Assembly: GCA_965655095.1 (NCBI GenBank)
Contig: OZ296650.1
Span: forward strand, 80,290,001 to 80,354,000
Direction of reading: 5' to 3'
From: Haplodiscus bocki
Taxonomy: Eukaryota
DNA: 64,000 nt
Position numbers and translations under genes: made by a program. Shown here in pieces: positions 51,560 to 61,717 of the stretch; positions within the stretch are counted from its first letter, which is position 1; every line of letters begins with the position of its first letter. The notes under the pieces were generated by a model. That model saw nothing but the letters and a program-made list of their open reading frames with translations, did not search any database and had not been told where the DNA came from.

Positions 51560-54500
51560 AGATATGACCTTTTTCTTTTGGTAGTTTTGATTTTTTATTT
51601 TACATCTTCAATGATAGCTGTAAGTTGTTTAGTTTACAAGGTTGTAACACTGTGATCAAAATCATTGTCGACTGGTCTGGAACAAATTCCACATTTTTAT
51701 GTGCTTGTTGGTATAACGACTCCGCTTGATAAAGTTGTTAGCCAACATAAAGTCGATTCATCAGTTTTGTGAATCATCAGTTTTTTCGTATGTAATACTC
51801 CGACAACATCTTCAAGTTCTTTGAAGTCTTTTTCTGTTCTTCCATTTTCAAAAACCGTTGGACCTTTTTTGGGTTTAGGTGCTAGTGACAAAGCCTGCAA
51901 TAAACCACCATCTCAATATTCATTTTTTCTTTTTAAATTTTCTTCCTGGAATACTGTTTCACTAAGTTCAACGCACAGTTTTTTTCTCAAAATAAAATGG
52001 GTTTCCTTCTTGATTATAAATACTACTATTCTCGAATCCCTCTGATAGCTTCTTCAAAGATTTTTGATTCTTCAGCTTTTGCTTGACCGATGGCACCTTA
52101 TTGCAGTGGCAATCAGGTCATTTTTGAGATTTTATCTGCCTCAGTTCCTTCATGTTCTTTAGGTTTTACAATTTGACCTCCGTCTTGCAGTGTATGTTTT
52201 TCTTCAACTATATCATCATTTTTTGTTCTCGTCCAGTAGTCATCTTTGTATTGACGTGAAAAATCTATGGATGTGCAAAAATTTTGATCAAATAAACCGC
52301 TCATAAACAAGTTTATCAGTTCTCTAACTATTACGTTCGCTTTCTTCTCCTTAACTAACATAATTTTTTGATGAAACTTCCAAGATATTTTAATCTGAAA
52401 TTTTCAGAGTGATATACTCCTTCATAAATCTCCTTTGCGGTTCCAGCAATTTTTACAAATTCTTGGATGTCAGTTTGTGTTAAGGCATCAGTTTTACCTC
52501 CTTTTTTAAAGCCTATTTACTATTTACTTCTTTACTCTGAGCATTTTCCGTTACAGTACATGTTGTAATTTTTTTACTGGGTAACTATTTTTATTTCAGG
52601 AGGCCCGAATCAGCTGTCAAAAATGAGGTAAATGTGTTTCCAAAATTTTCCCGACAACTTGTTTCACAAGCTCGTCATTTAATTCTTTCGTGTAAACAAA
52701 AGTTGTTTCAGTTCTAGGATACTTTGAATGTATATCAGCCACTGCTCAAAAAGTCAGCGAATTAGCACTGATAAGCTCTGACGCGTCGTGAAGAATCGTT
52801 TTTTTATAGTTTTTTGGAAAGTGTTTTTTTGAAAGCTTTTCGGTAACATCTTTCCCCTTGATTATTATATAGTCATATCTTGGATGTGCGTCAGCTTCGC
52901 CGACTTAAATATATATTTTTTTCGTTGTCTTTTTCGTATTCATCTTTATTTTCCTCTGGGAAGGTTAATTAGGTTCCTAAAAAACCATAGTTTTTTGCGG
53001 CAACAATAATCAGTTCCAATCAAAAAAATTTGAATGAAAAGTTGAGTTTTCATTCTATTAATTTGAATAAAAGCTCCAACTTTATCAACTTAAAACCTCT
53101 GTCAAACGAGTTATTGGAGAAGTTCCCAGGTGTTTGTTTAGATTCCTTTTCTGTTTGCTTTCACATTGAACCAAAAAAAATCTATCCCACAGTAAGGAAG
53201 CGATAGATAGTTTTTCACTCCGAAGCCGGTTTTTTTAACGTTTTCCTTGCCTCAATAACTGACAAAGTCAAAATATGGTTTTTAAATACAGTTTCCGATC
53301 ATCTTTCAGGTCTTCCTATTTTTTTTACAAGTTTTTCTCGATGGTTTTATAATTTCAAGAAATATGGTTTTAATCCACTTGTTTTTTTGTGTGTTTCAAC
53401 TTTTTTTTACTGCAATTGAAGTTTCTATAATGAGGATGCATCTTTATGAACAGCTTTATAATCGCCAGCTCTATTCAATGTTCTTGCAGAAGTGGAACTC
53501 TTAGCAGTTTTCATTGCACTATTTATAGGTAATATACTACTACAGCAGTGGGTAATTTCTTCAAAGTAACCCAACTCTCAAATAATGTTGCCTTCTGGTC
53601 ATTATATTTCACTTCATATTCCACATTTATTTCAAACTTACGTTATGTCTTGAAATTCCCTCGAGAACTTCTTAAGCGTTTGAAACTTTGCGTAAAACGA
53701 TCTTCTGCTTCAATTCGATGACGTCGCATTTACATAAAAAAATCTCCTCAATTGTTAGAACTCTTTTTTGTTTCGTCATGGTTTTTGAAAGGTGAAAGCG
53801 AACTGCAGTTGTTATAGCTCTATCTCCTTAAAAAAGTTTGTGATGCGTAAAATTTTACGCTTCTCAGTTGATTTTCTTTTTTTTGGTTAAATTTCATGTT
53901 TTTCTCGACAACATGGGGTCCCAGTTGTCTTTCATGCATTTCATTTTAATCTACCTCTTCTTTAGTTTTCACAAATATAATCCTTCGCTCTTCCATTTCA
54001 AGCAGATTTGTTCCACAAACAAAAATGACACTTTTTTCTACATTATTTAGGCCTTACTTTGTCCCGTTGAAATAACCTTTAGTTTTTCTGAATTTTTTGA
54101 AAAACTCTCGACTTCTAGTTCTAATCATCGTTGTTGATCTTTATATCGAAATCCTGAAAAAAATCAAAAGATTCCTGAAAAAAATGTTTTCTGGTTCAGT
54201 AAAGGCACAATAAATGGAGCACTTGGCTTTCGCGTGGATACAACAAACTTGTCTTTAAAAATTTCTGAAGTAAAATCGCTTTCTCTGCCATACTTACTAC
54301 GTCTTAATTCCTCAAAAAGAGCATTGTACAGTTCAAACAAATATCTTCAAAATCTTCATCATCTCCGTCGTAACTTCATTGCAAAATCTCAACAAATTAA
54401 TGTAATCTTTAATTTTTCCGGATGGAATTTTTTTTCCAGTTAATGATCGCAGTTTAAGATCACTTGAAATTTCAAAACTTTCCTTTTTTTGAGATCTGTT

Positions 54501-54800
54501 TTACTGGGAAAACAGGCGAAGTTTCTTACGTCTTCTTTTTGAAAAACCTGTATCCAAAAAACATACACATTGTTTTGATGAAACCTCTGTTTGAATTTTT
54601 ATAAAGCTCTTAACTGTTTTCTTTCAATCATTATTCTTTCATTTTCTAACAACTCTTTTGGTATTGATCAGTACAACCATCATGACTGTTTTTGTTCATT
54701 AATTTTTTCTTTCATTTTATCTTGCTTTTCATAGTTCTTTTTGAATTTTATAACTTCTGTTTTCAAACGAAGCGTCTTTTTGTTGTTTCGTATTTCCATT
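51560..54800 (-). pseudogene. Protein-primed family B DNA polymerase (pPolB) remnant
   Basis: In order: GFGVKNYLSLP, KVGAFIQ, SANSLTF...KYPRTET (motif A, DxNSLYP), LTQTDIQEFVKIAG...IYEGV, LINLFMSGLFD (motif B, KxxxNSxYG), IYNQEGNPFYFE (motif C, YxDTDS, decayed), LSLAPKPK. Confidence 0.75.
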
Positions 54801-55799
54801 TCAATTAGTACTGAGATTAATTTTCAAAAAGAGTTGATCAGCCCGTCAACCTAATCGCCATCTTCAACCCCTTCTTGGTTCACACGAGCGAAAAAGCGCC
54901 CAGCAGACCTGAGATCTCTGTCGATCTCGCGAGTGAGGATATGTAGTGGACCTGCGAGCAACCTCGATCACACGGGTGAGTGGGTCTGCAGAAACAAGAC
55001 CAATTTTTGGAATGAAGTTGAGGGGTCTGCGAAAATCAGATTGATCTTGAGACTGAAGGGGGGATTTTTCGCAATTACGGGACTGATCCTGAAAATAAGG
55101 TTCAGGATGTCTGTGAATGTGAGATCATTTTCTCGAAAAAGAGGAAAATTCGGTTGAGTCGAGCTGTTTGTGCAAATCTATAGTCAATAGTAATAAAACT
55201 TCCAAAAATTTAGCCTGTCTTGGAGTTCTGATGTTTTTTTGACCAGATGACAAAGGGGCCATTAGATAAAAGACCAAGTTTGCAAAATTAATAAACATAA
55301 TGTTAAGTCACGCGTTCTACATGATTTTATGTGTAAGACTGATATTGTTAATCCATGAAAATATGAGGTTTTTTGGTTCAGGGATAATTTGTGAGGTGCT
55401 TGGGATTCAGTAGCCTGAGGTTCGGAATCCGCCATGTCTATTTTTCTTTTACTACTGAAAACAAAACCTACTTTTACCCGTTTTAAAAAAATATATTTCT
55501 TCGACCAAGGTGTTATTGGACAACTTCGTAATTATAGAATTTTTTCGGACATAAAAAGTGATTGAAATTGTTTCTTGGGTAGAAATTTAGTTTTTTTCGG
55601 GAACGCCATAGAAAGGCTTTAATATTTTAAATGTTTTCGATATTCCACCAGAAATTTCTCGAAAACTGATTGATTTGGGATCTTGCTTCAATGCTTCAAA
55701 TAACAACATTCTGCTCCTGGTCGACTATGAGACCCAAAAACAGTCCCTGCTTTCGAATAGGGATGTTAGGAAAACTCAGTAGTGGCATTGACAGTAATA

Positions 55800-56430
55800 G
55801 TTCTCTGTTTTGACACTCATGGTACTCGAGAGCAACAGACTTGAGTTTTTTCATCAGTTTGTCAATCGAAAGCACCATATTCTTCCAAAGGAAAATTAAA
55901 CGAAAAAATCGATTTACTATTCCTTGCGTCAGAATTCTGCTACTCGTATCAATTTTGCGCGGTATACCAACAGAAACATCCCCCTAGCTACCAAACTGAA
56001 ATCTTCCATCAAGGCTTCAATCGAAAGTCCGACACTTGTAGAGGAAGCTTCGATTGAAATTTTCTTAATTTGTTCCTTATTTAGAAACCAGTAAATCGGA
56101 AAAATCCAAAATTTGCTAAAAAACATTGTTGCATATGGTTTTTCTAACTTCTATTCCTCAATAATTACAGGCTTCATTTCTCCCTCTGAGATCTCAATCG
56201 AAAGCTCTAAACTTGTAGAAAACGATTGCGTTGAAACGACCTTCAGGTTGAACCCTACGTCCGAACCGTGGTAGTTCAAATGCTCCAGTTTATACTATTC
56301 TAGTGGGTTCATTCCAAGATGGAAATTCACCTTTTTTGTAACTAAATCATTACTTCATTTCATCAGTGTTTCAATCAACAAAGCAACAGTTTTTTAGTTG
56401 TAGAGGAATTATTGATTTGAAAAGTTTTTT
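55800..56430. repeat. Old diverged tandem repeat, period ~155-180 bp, related to 12200-13350
   Basis: A TCATCAG/CCATCAAG...TCAATCGAAAG...CTTGTAGA unit recurs near 55863, 56018, 56195 and 56373. Confidence 0.55.
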
Positions 56431-58554
56431 TTCTTCCCAGAGTTGTCTTTCTGATAATTTGAGACTGCTGAAAAACTGCTAATATTTTTCACTCGTTGTC
56501 GATTTTCCAGTTAATGGTATTCGACAACCGCTTACTTGGTTCCATGCTTCAAGGTGTCAAGTTTTTCGTTTTTTTTGGAAAGGTTGCTTCAAAACTGGTT
56601 GTTATTTGTTCGGTACGATCGAATCCCGAGAGTCCGAGAATGCCAAAATCCTTTTAATGTTGATGAATTTCATATTTCAGAACAAATTTGATCGATGGTT
56701 ACGGGCTCGTTTTCCTCTACCGCAAACGCAATCCAGTTTTTTCTTGTTAATGTGGAATGCTCGATTGAAAAACATTGAGTTACTTTCCGACATTTGAATC
56801 TTGATTTCCGGCAACTGCCAGAAATAGTTCTTCTAGGGGTTCATTTCGAATTTCAAACCATGTCTCTCCAAAGCTTTTGACCTCATTTCTTTTTCATGGT
56901 TGTATTCAAAGCTCTCTACTCGTGTTGGAGTTTTCCATTGTAACTCATTGATTTTTCCCATGCAGCGGAAATTGATCAGAAGTTCTAAAAAGTGCTACTA
57001 ACTGTGATTTGGCTCTGTAGTCTACCTTTTACTGCTTCAGCTTCACCATTCTTCATTCTTCACTGAACGTCTCCATCGACTGCTTTTTACCCGAGACGGA
57101 CTATGTGTTATAGTTGATTAAGTTGTTTTGTACATCTGAATTAGAAGCTTGGTTCGTCAAAAGTGGCAACACTTCCAATGCTATAGACTCATCTTTATTT
57201 TCGGACTGTATCTTTTCAAAAATTACTGCTTTCAATTCTCCTATGAATGTTCGAACTACCAGTTTTATCTTTTCATATAACTCATTTTATATTAAATTTC
57301 TTTTTTTTTTGCTCCTCATATTGGAATCTTTGTACGCCAAAAGTGGGAAGATGTCCAATGAATTTTGGCATTTTGTCGGCATTCAAACTGATAACTCTGT
57401 AAAATTACCGGCTCGGTTTCTGTTTCGACAAGGTCTCTCTGAGAGTTTCTTGAAAATAATGGGCTATTTTGAAGAAATGATTGGCTCTTCGTGTATGATC
57501 ATTTTTTTTGTGTCCACCGTTGACGGAAAAATTTGTTGCAATGCGACTGGGCCTAATATTTGTTTTTTTTACCAGTTGGCAACTCTGATCACTTTCGTAT
57601 ACAACATTTACAGCTTTCTTAAGAAGTTGTCTGAACAAAGCTACACAAGAGAACTTTTTAAATCTTGCTGGCTTTTTAGAAGTTACCAAATAATCCGGCG
57701 TCGAGTTTTCTGCACTGTGAAAGCCTAAATTTGCGGCAAAACAATCCTGTCTCACGCGTCCGCATGCGATGGAACAGCGAATGAGCCCAGAAATTGGAAC
57801 TCTCCCGATATGGCGCTTTTTCAATACTTTTCTCTTTTTCAGGATTAATGCACGGAATATCTTAAATCTATGTTGTATGCGTCTGGCTTTAAAAAAATAG
57901 CACTTTAATCTAAATCCAGGTACTTTTGATATTTTGCAAGTTGCTGAAGTTGCCTAATTTGATTGTCACTGATGGTTTAAAACGAAGTCGACTTAACAGA
58001 GTTGTGTCGAAAGATTATTCGACTCAAATTTTTTACGTTTTGCAAATAAATGCATATGATTCGGATTGGTTGATTGCATTTAATTATAAAATCAGAACTA
58101 GGAAGCGTGCTGAGCGCTGATTGGCTCTTTTAGTGAACAAAAACGATTAGTCAAGATAATAAACATTGCAGTGCGTTGGAACATAAAAAATTTTTCGACA
58201 GATGCGAAAAGGGAGGAAAGGTTTTTCTTGCTGGACGCGTTTCAAAAGGATGCATTAATAGTGTACCAGGGAATTGATGTTGTTTTTCATTAGCAACATT
58301 AATAAAAAAATTGTACCGTTACCGCACGGTTTTTAATGAACTATTTGATCGGTTGGTTTGATATAAACTTTGACAATGGAATGCAAGCTATTCTTAACAT
58401 CAACGTGAAATCAACTCATCATACCTCACTCAAATTGGTCTTCATAATCGTTCAATTTCTTGATTGGACCACGTTGCGCTTTGAAACAGTGCTAATAAAG
58501 TGAAAATTTTTAATGTTTTTATGTGGAGGCAATAGTAGTAAGTAGCACTTAATA

Positions 58555-60408
58555 TGTAATGATTCAAGATGAAAAACACTCTCTACAAGAAATGATGAAT
58601 CTGATTTTCCGGGAACAAACTGTCGCAGCACACCTGCGAAGCCTGCGGGCAGATAATCCCAGCAGCAAAGGACACCCCAGGCCCATCAACTAGAAATTAA
58701 GAACTGTGCCAGAATCAAACTGACTCCTAGAACTTTTAAAACTAACCATTTTATTTAATAATTGATGTACTTTAATTGTGTGCACACATATGGGCACGTA
58801 TATCTACGTACCCCCTCTAATGCACAAAAATATGAATAGTTTACGTAGGTGGCACGTGGCAGCCACGTGCCACCCCACGCTATTCTATTCTTGGAAAGGC
58901 ACGTAGTAACTACGTGCCGCCCCATATTATAAAAGGCACGTGCCCCGTACGTGGAATTCTGGTGAACTGATCCTTATTGGGACGGAATAGATACGGAACA
59001 AACGAATATTCATTGTATTTTTATATTTATTTTAGGTGCTATTATATATATAATCTAACTAATTATTATATAAATCCAGCTTTCTAAATTGATTAGTGCA
59101 GTATGTATTCTATTTAAATTGACAGCTTGTTGAGTTTCAATAGCTTGACTATTAAGAACGGAGCTTGACTTTAAAAGTGAATATTTGTTCCGTATGTGTT
59201 CCGTCGTAACTAATCTGGTGACGTCACTACAATTCTTAACTAATCCGCTGTGCTATTAGGCTGCGCCGCTTTGGTTGGCTACGTGCCGTCTACGTGGCCA
59301 CCAGAATTAATCTCTTCAGTAGTACTGCGGAAGGCAGTGCTACAAGTGGCTACGTGGACGCCACGTGCCACCACAGCCAAAGTAAGCCGTAACCTAGTAG
59401 AAATATGGAATGGGCTAGGATTTATGCCTAGTTTATCCCAGGAAATGATTTTAAATGATGCAACATGTAAACATGAATCTTTCTAGAATGTAAGCCTTTA
59501 TTTTCCATACTTTAGATTATTTTCCAAGTGTATTATTGTATTTATTCCCTGTATGGGAATGACTTTGATCTTATGTCCATATCTTTATTTATTGTGTCGG
59601 CGCGGAAATAACCACTTTGATGTCCATTTCCGACGGATCGGACCGTACTCTTTTCTGTCGAAAGATGGACAGGACGCGGTCCGTGAGGGAAGAAATGGAT
59701 GGAAAGGTGTTTATTTCCCGCCGGAGTCGGCATCTTTTCTTTGATATATAATATGATTAAAGTACTTTTCCCTATTTGTACCTTGATCTGGCGTGTAAAC
59801 AATTATGTTTCCCGCCAAGGAAAGGTATAAATAGGAGAAATGAAAGTACAATTTTTATTATTTAATTTGCTGCCTGCAAGTACTGTACATTTATTGACGT
59901 TTGTGACTGTTTAAATCTTGAAGACTCTTTCCCTCATATTAAAAGAGGAGCATCTTTTGAATAAAGAAAATAAAGTAGAAAATTCAGTCTTCACAGCTGA
60001 AAAGGTTTTCCCCAAGCAAAATGGCAACATTGAGAAATAAAAGAAAGTTAGCAGCAGTTTCAAGAGAAACACCTGAAAGTACCAGAAGTGGGAAAGCACC
60101 AAGCGTTCTAGATCCAGAACTTACTCAGGAGTATATCTCTCAGGTCTCAGAGGAGATTGAAGGGAGAGTTACTAAAAAGCTCTCAAAGGAATTTAGCAGG
60201 ACGGAATCACGTATTTTGGGAGCCTTGTCGAAACTTGACGAGTTTCTCTTGAACCCACAAGTTCGGACTTGTTCCGTAGTTGCCCCCGGAACCTCTAGGA
60301 GCAACAATTTAGAAAACCAGGGAACCAATGAGGATCGTACCTCAGAGGATCCTGGGCCTGAAGTGGAGTTTGCTTCCCCCATCTCAGGGGCAGAAACAAA
60401 TCCTCACA
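58555..60408 (+). repeat. Putative 5' LTR (~1854 bp)
   Basis: Starts TGTAATGATT and ends AATCCTCACA (8/10 inverted match), directly followed by a TGG PBS. TATAAA at 59826; AATAAA at 59960 and 59969. The 3' LTR is outside the window, so the limits are unconfirmed. Confidence 0.65.
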
Positions 60409-61673
60409 TGGTAACAGGAGCTACAGAAGCAAATCCTCTCATGGTGACAGGAGTTACAAGAGAATTTCGCCCCCACATGACAACGGAAACCCAAGAAGAT
60501 ATTCCCTACTGCTCCACGAGTACTTCATCGGGGAAACAAAAGAAGGCGCGCTCTACAAGTCAACCTCAATTTCGCAGTGAGAATACCCCTGCGACACTGG
60601 AGGCAGACCAGATTTTGTTGGCCATTCAACAATTGGCGACGAACTCCAATTCAGCCAATTTCAACAACAACATTAGCCGAATTTCGAAACTGCCGAAATC
60701 TCTAACAACGACAATGCCCACGTTTGATGGAAAATCAGAGAAATTCGAGCTGTTTGAAGACTTATTCCAAACGAGTTTGAAAATTCACAACCAGCTGACA
60801 GAAGAAGACAAGATTAACTACTTCCACTCTCTCATGCGTGGTGATGCTTTGCAGACCTTCAAAAACATCACGAGCCCCAACAGAGAGAATCTGGTAGAAA
60901 TCCTGAATGTGTTTCGTAGGAAATACGTGAAACCTCAGTCAATGGCTACGGCAAAACACAAATTTCAACGACTAGTCTTCAATCCAATAAACCAGAAGTT
61001 AATTGATTTTCTTGACGAACTCCAGAAATTAGCCAAGGACGCATTCGGAGTTGCCGCACAAGCGATTGTAGAACAATTCATCTATGCCAAAATGCCTCCA
61101 CACCTGAAGAAATCAATTAACCAGGCACATTTGGAGAACGGCACATATGAACAGATTGTGTCACATCTTGAAAGGGAGTTGGAACTAAATGGTTTGGAAG
61201 CCCCAGATGAAATGCAAATCAATACTGTGATGCAACAAGACACACGACAAAACTCTGAAAAGCCCAAACCAACTTGCCACCATTGCAAAAAGCCAGGCCA
61301 CTATCGAAATCAATGCCGTCAACTCAAACGAGAGAAAGACCAAGTCCAAAACAATACAGATAGTGCCGCAACTAACAAAAACAACAATGGTAGTGCCCAA
61401 ACAAACTCCAACCCCAACCACAAAGTACCAGTCGCAAACAAGGCGAACAATGCAAATAATCAAAGAGACAGGAAAACTAGACCTGTTTTCCCACCCTGTG
61501 AGACATGTGGCAGAACGAACCACTCCACAGAGAGATGCTACCATGGAGCAAACGCAGCGAACAGACCGCCGCCCAGGAATAGACGGCCGGAAGGACAAAA
61601 CCAAACCCAACAAAGGAATACTCAAAATAACTCGGATGGCAACGTCCAAGCAGCAGCCCAACCTTTAAACTAA
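60021..61673 (+). CDS. gag: Gag polyprotein, 550 aa, two CCHC zinc knuckles
   Basis: Intact ORF with MPTFDGKSEKFELFEDLF, KINYFHSLMRGDA and EQFIYAKMPPHLK; knuckles CHHCKKPGHYRNQC and CETCGRTNHSTERC. Confidence 0.96.
   Translation: MATLRNKRKLAAVSRETPESTRSGKAPSVLDPELTQEYISQVSEEIEGRVTKKLSKEFSRTESRILGALSKLDEFLLNPQVRTCSVVAPGTSRSNNLENQGTNEDRTSEDPGPEVEFASPISGAETNPHMVTGATEANPLMVTGVTREFRPHMTTETQEDIPYCSTSTSSGKQKKARSTSQPQFRSENTPATLEADQILLAIQQLATNSNSANFNNNISRISKLPKSLTTTMPTFDGKSEKFELFEDLFQTSLKIHNQLTEEDKINYFHSLMRGDALQTFKNITSPNRENLVEILNVFRRKYVKPQSMATAKHKFQRLVFNPINQKLIDFLDELQKLAKDAFGVAAQAIVEQFIYAKMPPHLKKSINQAHLENGTYEQIVSHLERELELNGLEAPDEMQINTVMQQDTRQNSEKPKPTCHHCKKPGHYRNQCRQLKREKDQVQNNTDSAATNKNNNGSAQTNSNPNHKVPVANKANNANNQRDRKTRPVFPPCETCGRTNHSTERCYHGANAANRPPPRNRRPEGQNQTQQRNTQNNSDGNVQAAAQPLN
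60409..60420 (+). promoter_or_regulatory. Putative primer-binding site (tRNA-Leu-like) within gag
   Basis: TGGTAACAGGAG directly follows ...CACA; a second copy, TGGTGACAGGAG, is at 60442-60453. Both resemble the TGGTGTCAGGAG complement of a tRNA-Leu 3' end. Confidence 0.6.
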
Positions 61674-61717
61674 ATACGCCACGTCTTCACTCCGGAAATG
61701 CACGTGACATACCGGAG
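61664..61717 (+). promoter_or_regulatory. -1 programmed ribosomal frameshift signal (slippery heptamer plus H-type pseudoknot)
   Basis: In-frame T TTA AAC (61664-61670) directly before the gag stop. Stems CACGT 61680-84 / ACGTG 61702-06 and CTCCGG 61690-95 / CCGGAG 61712-17. The -1 frame is open into the protease. Confidence 0.88.

Larger units (their letters stand above)
43100..54810. mobile_element. Heavily decayed Polinton/Maverick (adintovirus-like) element
   Basis: Remnants of pPolB, rve integrase, major capsid, minor-capsid-like genes, packaging ATPase and a possible protease co-occur in two convergent blocks. No TIRs or TSD were recognised, so the boundaries are approximate. Confidence 0.82.

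Noticed and set aside
57114-57824. Opposing 204-aa and 139-aa ORFs
   Set aside because: No recognisable motifs, non-ATG starts, and a composition typical of decayed AT-rich DNA.
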